Positions 38,381 to 48,099 of a stretch of DNA of 64,000 nucleotides are shown one piece after another (the first letter of the stretch is position 1; the number at the start of each line of letters is the position of its first letter). The position numbers were made by a program, and so were the translations under genes. The DNA lies in contig CAVWZH010000018.1 in NCBI GenBank assembly GCA_963759395.1, forward strand, positions 94,456-158,455. The letters are read 5' to 3'. Source of the stretch: an uncultured Acidobacteriota bacterium. Lineage in GTDB: Bacteria; Acidobacteriota; Terriglobia; Terriglobales; Acidobacteriaceae. Below the pieces are notes generated by a model. The model made no database searches and was not told the origin of the DNA. It was given only the letters and a program-made list of their open reading frames with translations.

Positions 38381-38971
38381 ATGATGCACAGACGTGAGGC
38401 GTTACGACTTCTCGCCGCCAGTGCGGCCCTTCCTCTCTTTTCCCGAGACGCTTTAGCGCTTTTCCAGGAGGTGCACGAGCAACTCCCGGAAACGGCAGCC
38501 CTGAAGGTCTTGAATCCGCACCAAAATGCCACGGTCATCGCCATCTGCGAGACCATCATCCCGCAGACTGATACGCCCGGGGCCAAGGCCGCTCGGGTCA
38601 ATGAGTTTATCGATGTAGTCCTGGCCGATTGGTATGACGAGGCCGAGAAGAATAGGTTCCTGACCGACCTGGCGGACTTCGATTCCCGCTGCCACCGCAC
38701 GCTGGGCAAAGATTTTGCCGACTGTTCCCAGGAGCAGCAGGCTGAGTTCCTGAAGATCACAGAAGACGAAACGCCGGAGATTCACGAGCGCGGACGCCGA
38801 ATGTGGGAACCAGAAAACGTTCAGGCGATAGAATTTTTCCCGAGAATCAAGCAACTCACGCTCATCGGCTATTACACTTCCGAGATTGGATTCGAACAAG
38901 AACTGCACCAGGAGATCATTCCTTCCCGGCACGCCGGTTGCGTGCCTCTCGAAGAAGAGGCCGCGAAATAA
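38381..38971 (+). CDS. gluconate 2-dehydrogenase subunit 3 family protein (Tat-signal small subunit)
   Basis: 196 aa with a twin-arginine signal (MMHRREALRLLAASAALPLF) and a family-typical C-terminus (LTLIGYYTSEIG). The stop overlaps the GMC gene ATG (TAATG). Confidence 0.8.
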   Translation: MMHRREALRLLAASAALPLFSRDALALFQEVHEQLPETAALKVLNPHQNATVIAICETIIPQTDTPGAKAARVNEFIDVVLADWYDEAEKNRFLTDLADFDSRCHRTLGKDFADCSQEQQAEFLKITEDETPEIHERGRRMWEPENVQAIEFFPRIKQLTLIGYYTSEIGFEQELHQEIIPSRHAGCVPLEEEAAK

Positions 38972-40601
38972 TGCCCGCCAACACCTATGATGCAATTGTT
39001 GTGGGTTCCGGGATTACCGGCGGCTGGGCGGCCAAAGAACTCGGCGAAAAAGGGCTGCAGACAATCGTTCTTGAAGCCGGCCGCCCCACCAACCCCGAAA
39101 CCGACTATGTTGAGCACGTTCCGGTGTGGGAGAAGCGCTTCCGCGGAATGCGAGACCGGAAAAGCTTAGCGGAAAATCAGCCCATCCAACAAACTTGCAC
39201 CGGTTTGGACGAATGGAATAGCAAGTTCTTCGTCAACGATCGCGAAAATCCTTACACCACCGCTCCTGACAAACCCTTCTTGTGGATTCGCGGCCGACAA
39301 GTCGGCGGTCGCTCCATTATCTGGGGCCGGCAGTCGTATCGCTGGAGCGATCTCGATTTCGAGGCGAACCTGCGCGAAGGCATCGCGGTCGATTGGCCGA
39401 TTCGCTACGAGGAAATTGCTCCCTGGTACGACTACGTCGAAGAGTTCGCAGGAATCTCTGGACAAAAAGAAGGCTTGCCACAGTTGCCCGACGGAAAATT
39501 TCTGCCGCCCATGGAAATGACGTGCGCCGAGCTGGTAGTGAAAGACGCCATCGCGCGCTATTTTCCCGGTGAGCGAATGATGACGATTGGGCGCGCCGCC
39601 ATTTTGACTCAGCGCCACCTCGGCCGCGCTGCGTGCCATTATTGCGGCCCATGTTCACGGGGGTGTATTACCCGGTCTTACTTCAGCAGCTTGAACTCGA
39701 CGCTACCGGCGGCAAAAGCCACCGGCAAAGTTACAGTTCGTCCCTACAGCGTAGTGCATAGTGTGATTTTCGACTCCAAGACCCGAAAGGCTACCGGCGT
39801 TCGAGTGATAGACGGCCAGACTAAGGAGGCTCTCGAGTTCCACGGCCGGGTTGTGTTTCTGTGCGCCTCTGCACTCGAATCCACGCGTCTTCTATTGAAC
39901 TCGAAGACCCCGGAGTTTTCTAACGGACTCGCCAATTCCAGCGGAGAACTCGGCCACAACCTCATGGACCACTGCATGGGCGGAGGAGCTCGTGCGGTAA
40001 TTCCGGGAACGAAGATAAAGTTTCTTTGGGCAACCGCCCCAATGGGATCTACGTGCCTCGTTTCCGCAATGTGAAACAAAAGCATCCGCTGCTCATCCGC
40101 GGCTACGGTTTCCAGGGCGGCGCCTCGCGACGGAGCTGGCAGCGTGGCATGGAGATGCACGGCATCGGGGCTGACTTTAAGCACTCGCTGAGCCGTCCCG
40201 GTCCGTGGACGTTCACATTCGCCGGCTTCGGTGAATGTTTGCCCAATCACGATAACTTTATCGAACTCGACAAAGAGAAAGTTGACGCCTGGGGAATTCC
40301 GGCGCTCAAGATCACCTGCCAATGGCGCGAAAATGAACGAGCGTTGCTGAAAGACATGTCCATTACAGCAGCGGAAATGCTGTCGGCCGCTGGCGCCAAG
40401 GATATCGAGCCATTCATCGAAGACAATGCTCCCGGTCTGACCATCCACGAAATGGGAACGGCGCGCATGGGGCGTGATCCCAAAACTTCAGTGTTGAATG
40501 CGCACAACCAGGCGCACGATATAAAGAATCTATTCATCACCGATGGCGCTTGCATGACCTCTTCGGCTTGCGTCAACCCTCGCTCACCTATATGGCATTG
40601 A
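38971..40601 (+). pseudogene. GMC family FAD oxidoreductase split by a frameshift near 40000-40015 (ORFs ..40074 and 40026..40601)
   Basis: Starts MPANTYDAIVVGSGITGGWAAKEL (FAD fold). The second ORF continues with GNRPNGIYVPRFRN...HEMGTARMG. The upstream frame of the second ORF reads EDKVSLGNRPNG, so the join is within ccgggaacgaagat. Confidence 0.78.
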
Positions 40602-40653
40602 CCGCTCGCGCCTGCGATTATGCAGTCAGTCAAATGAAAAAAGGAGAACTCTG

Positions 40654-41523
40654 ATGGATCGTCGATCGTTTTTGGGAACGATGACTGCAGCGACGTTGCT
40701 TAGCCGAGGCCTGGCTTGGGCCGAGAGCACGCACAAGATCGACAAGATTGGCGTGCAGCTTTATACGGTCCGCAAAGAAATGCCCAACGACTTTGACGGC
40801 ACTCTGGCCAAGGTCGCGGCAATCGGCTACAAAGAGGTGGAATTTGCCGGTTATTTCGGACACTCTCCCAAAGACGTACGGGCCAGTCTCGACAAGTGCG
40901 GACTGACCGCGCCCTCCATGCATACTGGCTACAACACGCTCGGCGACAAGCTTCCGGAAATCATCGAAGCCGCGAAAATCATCGGCCATGAATACATCGT
41001 CAATCCGGCAATCGATGATTCGATGCGCAAGACCGCTGACGGCTGGAAACAGGCGTCAGAGACGTTTAATCATGCGGGAGAAGTCTGCCAGAAGGCCGGC
41101 ATCCAGTTTGCTTATCATAATCACTGGTGGGAATTCACCCCGATCGATGGCAAGCTGCCCTACGACATTGTGTTGGAAAGCACCGACCCCAAGCTGGTCA
41201 AGATGGAAATGGACCTCGGCTGGATCACAGTCGGAGGCCAGGACCCGCTGAAGTATTTCGCCCTCTATCCCGGGCGTTTTCCGCTGGTCCACATGAAGGA
41301 TTGGACAAAGGTTCCCCCGGTACCGGCGCCCGGTTCGCCGTTCAACATGGATAACGCGCCGGAGATGACGGATGTCGGCAGCGGTTCGATAAATTGGAAA
41401 CGGATTTTCGCGAAATCGGACCAGGCCGGGATCAAGCACTATTTTGTAGAACGTGATATGCCGCCAGCGCCATTTGAAAACATTCGCACCAGTTACACAT
41501 ACCTCGCGCAGCTGCGTTTCTGA
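40654..41523 (+). CDS. Tat-signal sugar phosphate isomerase/epimerase family TIM-barrel protein
   Basis: 289 aa with a twin-arginine signal (MDRRSFLGTMTAATLL) and xylose isomerase-like TIM-barrel sequence. Confidence 0.82.
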   Translation: MDRRSFLGTMTAATLLSRGLAWAESTHKIDKIGVQLYTVRKEMPNDFDGTLAKVAAIGYKEVEFAGYFGHSPKDVRASLDKCGLTAPSMHTGYNTLGDKLPEIIEAAKIIGHEYIVNPAIDDSMRKTADGWKQASETFNHAGEVCQKAGIQFAYHNHWWEFTPIDGKLPYDIVLESTDPKLVKMEMDLGWITVGGQDPLKYFALYPGRFPLVHMKDWTKVPPVPAPGSPFNMDNAPEMTDVGSGSINWKRIFAKSDQAGIKHYFVERDMPPAPFENIRTSYTYLAQLRF

Positions 41524-41555
41524 TGCGCATTCGTTATCTGTGAGGGAGATATGAG

Positions 41556-43263
41556 ATGCCGCAGGTAGTTCGTTCGGCCAAGCAGTATGACGTCTGCATC
41601 ATCGGTTCAGGCGCAGCTGGCGGCACCGCCGCGAAAGTGCTCACCGAAGGCGGCCTGAACGTAGTCATGCTGGAAGCGGGTCCGCCGGTCAATCCCGAGA
41701 CCGACTACAAGGAACATCTCTGGCCTTACGATCTGGACCACCGGGGTGTCGGCGTGGGTGGAAAATTCCGGCACCAGGTAGGCGACGAGTTCATGGCGCC
41801 GAACGGCGCATGGGACATCGACGGTGAGCCTTACACCTCAGCTCCCGGTTCCACGTTTCGCTGGTTCCGTTCCCGCATTGTGGGCGGCCGCACCAATCAC
41901 TGGGGCCGCATCGCCTTGCGCTTCGCTCCGGTCGACTTTCGTAGCCGCTCCACCGACGGGATGGGCGACGACTGGCCGATCACCTACGAAGAACTAGCTC
42001 CTTACTACGACAAAGTCGAGTCTTATATCGGGGTTTTTGGAACAAAAGAGAACATTCCCAGCGCGCCGGATGGCGTTTTTATGGCGCCTCCGCCCCCGCG
42101 CTGCACCGAAACCCTCATCAAGAAGTCTTGCGACAAGCTGAACATTCTCTGCATACCCTCACGCATGGCCATTCTGACCAAGCCGCTGAACGGCCGGCCG
42201 GCGTGCCATTACTGTGCGCAGTGCGGCCGGGGATGCATAACCGCGTCAAACTTCAGCTCCAGCCAGGTCATGATTCCCCCTGCGGCTGCGACCGGCCGAT
42301 TCACGCATCATTACCGGCGCCATGGCGCGCGAAATCGTTGTGGGTAAAGATGGCAAGGCTCAAGCGGTTTCCTATGTCGACAAGGCTACACGTACCGAGC
42401 AACAAGTTCGCGCCAAAGCTTTCGTGGTTGCGGCCAGTGCTTGCGAATCGGCCCGCTTGCTGCTGAATTCGCGTTCGACGCTTTTCCCGAACGGGGTTGC
42501 CAACTCCTCGGGCGTGGTCGGCCGCTACCTGACTGACTCAGTTGGGAGTTCTGGCTACGGGTATTTTCCCCAGCTCGAAAAAGTACCTGCTCACAATCAC
42601 GATGGGGTGGGCGGAATGCATATGTACATGCCCTGGTGGAAGTTCGACCGCAAGAATGATTTCTTACGCGGGTACCACATCGAATTCGGCGGCGGCCGCG
42701 ATATGCCAGGCGTCGGCGAGTTTGATGGGGTGTGCGAGAGAACCGAAGGCTACGGTCTGGCGCTGAAACAAAAGTGCCGTGCCAGTTATGGCGCGTTTAT
42801 CGGTTTTGGCGGCCGCGGCGAGATGATTCCCAACGAGCACTCGTATTGCGAGCTTGATCCCGACACGGTCGACCAATGGGGCATCCCTGTCTTGCGTTTC
42901 CATTGGGGATGGAGCGCCAACGAAATCAACATGGCGAAAGACATGCAGCAAACCTTCCGCGCCATCGTTGAGTCGGCCGGCGGGACCTATTACACCCGGT
43001 CGAAGGCTGACGCGAATCATCCGTATGGAATTGAAGATGGCGGCGTCATCATTCACGAACTGGGGACCGCGCGAATGGGAAACGATCCCAAAACCTCCGT
43101 GCTCAACAAGAACTGCCAGGCGCACGACGTCAAGAATCTTTTCGTTACGGATGCGGCCTCATTCGTGACCAATCCGGACAAGAATCCCACTCTAACCATC
43201 ATGGCAGTATCTTGGCGTGCTTCGGAGTATTTGCTCGATCAGGCCAAGAAGGGAGATTTGTAA
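41556..43263 (+). pseudogene. GMC family FAD oxidoreductase split by a frameshift at ~42304-42309 (ORFs 41556..42347 and 42322..43263)
   Basis: N-terminal YDVCIIGSGAAGGTAAKVL. The second ORF carries HELGTARMG. Deleting one nt in ttcacgcatcatt gives ...ATGRFTIITGAMAREIVV, a typical GMC segment. Confidence 0.78.
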
Positions 43264-43270
43264 GGACCTC

Positions 43271-43867
43271 ATGTCGAACACCATCTCCCGGCGCGACGTT
43301 TTGAAATCGCTCACTCTGGGCGCTGCGGCCACTTCGGTACTGCGAGCGATTCCGCTGCAAGCGGCGGAGTATGCCCATCGAATGGTTGACGCGGAAAAAG
43401 CGGCCAGTCCCGTCGGGGCCTACAAACCAAAATTCTTCGCTGACCAGCAATACAAAACATTGCACTTTCTCTGCGACGCGATCATTCCGGCCGATGCCGA
43501 TTCCGGCGGCGCCATCCAGGGCGGCGCTCCTGAGTTCATTGATCTGCTTACCAGTGAGAATCCAGCGTACCAGCTCAAGCTGGGCGGCGGGTTGATGTGG
43601 TTGGATGCAACTTGCACCGATCGTTACGCCAAGACTTTCCTGAATAGCAGCCCTCAGCAGCAGAAAGAAATTCTTGATTTGATCGCCTACAAGAAAAATG
43701 CCGAGACCGACGCCAGCCTGAGCCAGGGCGTGGACTTCTTCTCGTTCCTGCGCAACCTTACCTGCGATGGATTCTTCACCAGTGAAATCGGCATCAAGTA
43801 TCTGGGCTACATCGGCAACAAATATCTGAAGAGCTTTCCTGGCTGCCCACCCGTACCCGGAGTTTGA
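43271..43867 (+). CDS. gluconate 2-dehydrogenase subunit 3 family protein (Tat-signal small subunit)
   Basis: ATG 43271 gives MSNTISRRDVLKSLTLGAAATSVL (twin-arginine). Family-typical CDGFFTSEIG near the C-terminus. Confidence 0.8.
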   Translation: MSNTISRRDVLKSLTLGAAATSVLRAIPLQAAEYAHRMVDAEKAASPVGAYKPKFFADQQYKTLHFLCDAIIPADADSGGAIQGGAPEFIDLLTSENPAYQLKLGGGLMWLDATCTDRYAKTFLNSSPQQQKEILDLIAYKKNAETDASLSQGVDFFSFLRNLTCDGFFTSEIGIKYLGYIGNKYLKSFPGCPPVPGV

Positions 43868-43957
43868 TTCCTTCTCAACAGTTGTGTTTCGCGGCGACCG
43901 TTTGGCCGTATATTAGCTAGCGTCGTCAGGCCCCATTTTTGCGAGAAGGGAAATTTC

Positions 43958-44323
43958 ATGGTCAGCAACTACAGCGCGCCCGGGCGGATGGTAGCTCACA
44001 GCATGGTCACAACCCAATTCGAACTCGACGGATTTCGCGTCGTGCGGACTTTGGGCGTAGTCCGCGGGATCGTAGTGCGCTCTCGCTCCATCTTCGGCAC
44101 GATCGGTGCGAGCCTCCAGACTATTCTTGGCGGCAACATCACGCTGCTCACCAATTTGTGCGAGAAGACGCGTGCCGAAGCTTTTGACCTTATGCTGCAG
44201 CACGCCGCCGAACTCGGCGGCAACGCCGTGGTCGGCGCGCGCTACGACGCCACCGAGATCATGCAAGGAGTCACGGAAGTGCTGGCTTACGGAACGGCGG
44301 TCGTCGTCGAGCCGGTGAAATAG
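43958..44323 (+). CDS. YbjQ/UPF0145 family protein
   Basis: 121 aa. [25 protein letters not shown]...[11 protein letters not shown] is typical of YbjQ-family proteins. Confidence 0.8.
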   Translation: MVSNYSAPGRMVAHSMVTTQFELDGFRVVRTLGVVRGIVVRSRSIFGTIGASLQTILGGNITLLTNLCEKTRAEAFDLMLQHAAELGGNAVVGARYDATEIMQGVTEVLAYGTAVVVEPVK

Positions 44324-44339
44324 ACCAGCAAGCCGGACC

Positions 44340-44765
44340 CTATTCTTTGTACAGCCACCCCGCGACCAGAGTTGCCAGGATTGCTCCTCCCCATAGATCG
44401 ACCATCCAGCCCAACGGGAACACCCGGTCGACAGGCGACCAGCACGCTTGCGCAAAGTTGCCCGGAAAACCCGCCGCGAATCCCACCAGGAAGCCAACCT
44501 TCAACGCGCTCCCGGGTCCTGCGCCAAGCGTCTGGCGCGCCCAGGCGTACAAATGCGCCACGATGATCCCCAACACGAGCAGAATGATGATCCATTGGCC
44601 GAGGAAGAAGGGGTAGCGCGCCTCCTTCAGAAACAGACCCGCGTTCTGGGCTGCGACGTAGCGTGCATTGCCGATAATCAGTTGCCCGGACAGGTAACTC
44701 CAGCCCACCCAGACCACGCCTCCGGCTATGCCACCGAGAAACACTCGAGACCGGTTAATGCTCAT
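44340..44765 (-). CDS. hypothetical integral membrane protein (141 aa, ~4 TM)
   Basis: ATG 44765 is preceded by GGAGG. Sequence is hydrophobic. The ORF-track N-terminal extension to 45290 overlaps the opposite-strand gene and is not credible. Confidence 0.55.
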   Translation of the reverse strand: MSINRSRVFLGGIAGGVVWVGWSYLSGQLIIGNARYVAAQNAGLFLKEARYPFFLGQWIIILLVLGIIVAHLYAWARQTLGAGPGSALKVGFLVGFAAGFPGNFAQACWSPVDRVFPLGWMVDLWGGAILATLVAGWLYKE

Positions 44766-44981
44766 AGGCCACCTCCAAAGGAAGCCAAAAAAGCCGGCGT
44801 GAGTGTACACCAAACGGTGGGGCCGAGCTTGACAATGTGACGACCGCGCACGGAAGTGCGATAGATTCACAGGCCCGAATACAATGCCTAACGGCAATTT
44901 CTCCCGGGAGATAAATCTACGAATCCAACACACCCGCACGAAGTTCTTTCCTGTCTCTGGGCTGCGTTCGGTCTTTACTGG

Positions 44982-45506
44982 TTGGTGAGCGCTGCCGGGA
45001 CGCACGCCACAAAATCCGGCGAAGCCCACTCCTATCGGCTTCTGCGTATTCCAATCCTGGTGCTGACTTTCATCCTGCTGTTGACCCCCCTGCTTCGTAT
45101 CGGTGCGCTTGCTTGGCGATTCATTCCTGACGGCAAGTCCACACGTGACCTTGGCCTCGCCCTGACGCTGTGCGGGATAACGATCGCGGTCTGGGCACGG
45201 AGCCATCTTGGCCGCTATTGGAGCGACAAAGTTGAGCTCAAAGTAGATCACAAGTTGATCCGCAGCGGGCCTTACGCGTACCTGCGCCATCCCATTTATT
45301 CGGGCGTTTTACTTGGGGTCGCGGGCACAGCGATCGCGGTCGGTGAGTGGCGAGGCGTGCTCGCGTTTGTGATCCTCTTAACGAATTACACAGTAAAAGC
45401 GCTGAAAGAAGAACGGCTTTTGTCGGCTCAATTTGCCGGTGAGTTTGAAGCGTATAAAAGAGAATCCGGCTTCCTTATTCCCCGTTTGCTCCGGCGCGTT
45501 GCCTAG
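44982..45506 (+). CDS. isoprenylcysteine carboxyl methyltransferase (ICMT/PEMT-like) family membrane protein
   Basis: LGRYWSDKV...RSGPYAYLRHPIYSGVLLG motif. The homologous frame is open upstream (VLSCLWAAFGLYWL) without a start codon. An ATG at 44884 lies in another frame, so an N-terminal frameshift is possible but weakly supported because there is no SD. Confidence 0.72.
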   Translation: MVSAAGTHATKSGEAHSYRLLRIPILVLTFILLLTPLLRIGALAWRFIPDGKSTRDLGLALTLCGITIAVWARSHLGRYWSDKVELKVDHKLIRSGPYAYLRHPIYSGVLLGVAGTAIAVGEWRGVLAFVILLTNYTVKALKEERLLSAQFAGEFEAYKRESGFLIPRLLRRVA

Positions 45507-45705
45507 AAGGCTTTGCCTTGCCGACCGATTTCCACAGGTTTTCGAGGGCTAACCGATTCAGCCCAAATCACTTGCAAGGCGAACAATCATCGAAAGAATC
45601 GAGTCTGTAAATCCCACCTATTGTGGTCATCTCTTCAGTTAGCCACAATTTATCGTAGTTTCTAGAGCCGATGAACTTTCGGTCATTTGACCCTAAAGTT
45701 TCCCA

Positions 45706-45733
45706 TTGACAGTAAAGCATTTAGGAGTAGGAT
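45706..45733 (+). promoter_or_regulatory. candidate dcw (Pmra-like) promoter: TTGACA - 16 nt - TAGGAT
   Basis: Perfect -35 at 45706-45711 and a TAnnAT -10 at 45728-45733, ~200 nt upstream of mraZ. Confidence 0.5.
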
Positions 45734-45758
45734 GTGGTCAAAAGTGGTACAGAGTGGT
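45734..45758 (+). promoter_or_regulatory. putative MraZ operator: three GTGGT direct repeats at exact 10-bp spacing
   Basis: GTGGTcaaaa GTGGTacaga GTGGT at 45734, 45744 and 45754, immediately after the -10 element. A GTGGG is at 45776. Confidence 0.6.
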
Positions 45759-45939
45759 AGAACAAGTTAGAGGTCGTGGGAAAAAGCTGATCCAGATGAG
45801 GCGCCAGTGGAATTAGAAGCTGACACCCTGAAAAACAGCCCCAACGAACCCAAAAAGATTGAAATTCGTGCCGTCTTTACCTCCCTCGTATTTGCGGTAG
45901 CTGCCAAGACGTTACACGGCCCCCAAAAGGGCAGAACAC

Positions 45940-46380
45940 ATGTTTCGCGGAAATCACCCAACCCGCGTCGACGAAAAGGGACGGCTCAAAGTCCCTGCGG
46001 AATTCAAGCGGGTGATCGACGAGAAATACAACGCGCAATTCTATATCACCAGTTTCGACGGCAAGGTTGCCCAAGTGTATCCCTTCGAGGAGTGGGAGCA
46101 GATCGAGCAGAAGCTGGCCGGACTCTCGACTTTCAATCCTACGAAGAAGAAGTTTCTGGACCGCGTGAACTACTGGGGCCAGCAGGTCGAAATGGACGGC
46201 CAGGGCCGGTTGCTGATCCCGCAGTTGTTGCGGGAGGCCGCACAGATCAAAGGCGAGGTTGCGGTCACGGGCAATTTGAAGTACCTGATCGTGCGCAACC
46301 TGGAAGCATACCGCAAGGAGATCGAGGAACAGGCGTTCACGTCTGAGGATGAGAAGACGCTCGACGATCTGGGCATCTAG
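45940..46380 (+). CDS. mraZ: division/cell wall cluster transcriptional regulator MraZ
   Basis: 146 aa with MFRGNHPTRVDEKGRLKVPAEF and a second SpoVT-AbrB repeat (MDGQGRLLIPQLLRE). Confidence 0.95.
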   Translation: MFRGNHPTRVDEKGRLKVPAEFKRVIDEKYNAQFYITSFDGKVAQVYPFEEWEQIEQKLAGLSTFNPTKKKFLDRVNYWGQQVEMDGQGRLLIPQLLREAAQIKGEVAVTGNLKYLIVRNLEAYRKEIEEQAFTSEDEKTLDDLGI

Positions 46381-47330
46381 TGGACGAGGGTTTAACAGAC
46401 ACCCCTCAGGGGGTTGGGCATGGGCCAGTGGGCCATGTGCCGGTTCTTTTAAAAGAAGCGATCGACTTTTTAGCCGTCCGTCGTGGCGGGACGTATATCG
46501 ACGCTACGGTGGGCCTTGGCGGGCACAGCTTAGAAATCGCAAAACGCCTCGGCGCACCGGGACATTTGATTGGGCTCGATAAGGACCCCGCAGCGCTGGA
46601 CATCGCGCGGGCAAAGCTTGGTCGTGTGGGGGCGGGCGACTCACCCGCCAATCAACGGCAAGCCGATTGGCCGAGGATCACGTTGCTGCATCGATCATTC
46701 GCAGAAATTGCGAACGGTCAACGGGCAGCGACGGTCGACGGAATTCTCGCCGATCTCGGCATGAGCAGTTTGCAGCTCAACAACGCGGCGCGAGGCTTTA
46801 GTTTTCAGGCGGAAGGACCGCTCGACATGCGAATGAATCCGCAAGCCGAGCTCACCGCCGAACAAGTGGTAAATCAGGTGGACGAGGTCACACTCGCCAA
46901 TCTGATTTACGAATTCGGTGAGGAAAGGAGGTCGCGGAGAATCGCCAGAGCCATTGTCCGGTCGCGGCCGATACGCACCACTGCGGATCTCGCAGCGGTG
47001 ATTTCAGCCGCGGCCCGGCCAATGAAATTTGAGCGCATTCATCCGGCGACCAGAACCTTTCAGGCTCTCCGAATCTTCGTAAACCATGAACTGGACGATC
47101 TGCGGGAGCTGCTGAAAGCAGCCCCGCAGCTTCTGAAACCGGGAGGACGTCTGGTGATCATCAGTTTCCACTCGCTTGAAGATCGCATCGTGAAAGACGC
47201 GATGCGCGAGGGAGCGAAGCAAGACCAGTACAAATTACTGACCAGGAAGCCAGTAACCGCCGGTGAAGAAGAGATTGATCGTAATCCAAGATCGCGCAGC
47301 GCGAAATTGCGCGCCGCAGAAAAGATTTAA
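46380..47330 (+). CDS. rsmH: 16S rRNA (cytosine1402-N4)-methyltransferase
   Basis: The GTG start overlaps the mraZ stop. HVPVLLKEAIDFL, DATVGLGGHS, DLGMSS and SFHSLEDRIVK motifs. Confidence 0.95.
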   Translation: MDEGLTDTPQGVGHGPVGHVPVLLKEAIDFLAVRRGGTYIDATVGLGGHSLEIAKRLGAPGHLIGLDKDPAALDIARAKLGRVGAGDSPANQRQADWPRITLLHRSFAEIANGQRAATVDGILADLGMSSLQLNNAARGFSFQAEGPLDMRMNPQAELTAEQVVNQVDEVTLANLIYEFGEERRSRRIARAIVRSRPIRTTADLAAVISAAARPMKFERIHPATRTFQALRIFVNHELDDLRELLKAAPQLLKPGGRLVIISFHSLEDRIVKDAMREGAKQDQYKLLTRKPVTAGEEEIDRNPRSRSAKLRAAEKI

Positions 47331-47366
47331 AAACAAAAGCAGCAGAACGAACACGGGAGGTTGGGG

Positions 47367-47525
47367 ATGTACACAGGTACCTTGATCGATGAACTGATGA
47401 CCGCCGTCGAGCGGACGGAAGAAATTTCCTCAGAACGCGAGCGGGGGGAGAGACTGGCATATTGGTACGCCGTGTCCGAGGCCGAACTGGCGCAGTTCGA
47501 CGGCACCCTGGCTGGGGTGGCATAG
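47367..47525 (+). CDS. candidate unannotated small ORF (52 aa) between rsmH and ftsL
   Basis: ATG 47367 is preceded by GGGAGG, 6 nt upstream. GC-rich third positions. The TAG at 47523-47525 is immediately followed by the ftsL ATG, in the same reading frame. Below the ORF-track length cutoff. Confidence 0.35.
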   Translation: MYTGTLIDELMTAVERTEEISSERERGERLAYWYAVSEAELAQFDGTLAGVA

Positions 47526-47987
47526 ATGGCGGCAGCCACAGCGGTGATGCAAAGCACAGGCAGGCGGCGCAAGTCGTGTTGGACGGGCACCCCCGAAATC
47601 TATTTCGCCCGCGCCATCGACAACTCCCGTCTCAGAAAAATCGACGATCCCAACCGCAGCCGCGAGATGAAGCAATTCGGGGTGGCGCTCGCCTGTTTGT
47701 TCCTGCTGGTCATGACCTTTGCCTGGCAACATTTTCGGGCCATCGAATACGGATACAAGATCGAGGTTCTCAAGAGCCAGCGAGACAGTCTGGCAGAACT
47801 GAACCGAACGCTTCGCCTGGAGGAAGCAACTCTGCGCTCGCCCGATCGAATCGATTCGCTGGCGCGGCAACTCGGGATGCAGCCGCCGCAAGCCGGACAG
47901 ATCATGCGCATGGATGTTGCCGTTCCCGACTCGGGTGGGCCGGTCATGGCGAGTGTGACCCCGGTCGCGGTAATTTCGGTGCGCTGA
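47526..47987 (+). CDS. ftsL: cell division protein FtsL-like
   Basis: 153 aa with a single TM segment (FGVALACLFLLVMTF) followed by a coiled-coil-like region. Position between rsmH and ftsI. Confidence 0.7.
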   Translation: MAAATAVMQSTGRRRKSCWTGTPEIYFARAIDNSRLRKIDDPNRSREMKQFGVALACLFLLVMTFAWQHFRAIEYGYKIEVLKSQRDSLAELNRTLRLEEATLRSPDRIDSLARQLGMQPPQAGQIMRMDVAVPDSGGPVMASVTPVAVISVR

Positions 47988-48099
47988 TTTCGGTGGGATA
48001 AAGACGAACCTGGCGGCTTTCGCTCTACCAGCGAGCCGCCATGTTTGTCTGCGGCGCCTGCGCAGAACGAAACGTAGAAGTTTAACAACCTGATTTTTC

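Noticed and set aside
44884-44988. Frameshift at the 5' end of the ICMT-family gene (ATG 44884 in another frame).
   Set aside because: It is not listed as a firm frameshift. The upstream ATG lacks a Shine-Dalgarno sequence and its 34-aa product shows no family features. A TTG start at 44982 remains possible, although it truncates the first predicted helix.
44766-45290. N-terminal extension of the 316-aa minus-strand ORF 44340..45290.
   Set aside because: It is antisense to the ICMT-family gene and has no homology-like features. A GGAGG-ATG start at 44765 yields a coherent 141-aa membrane protein.
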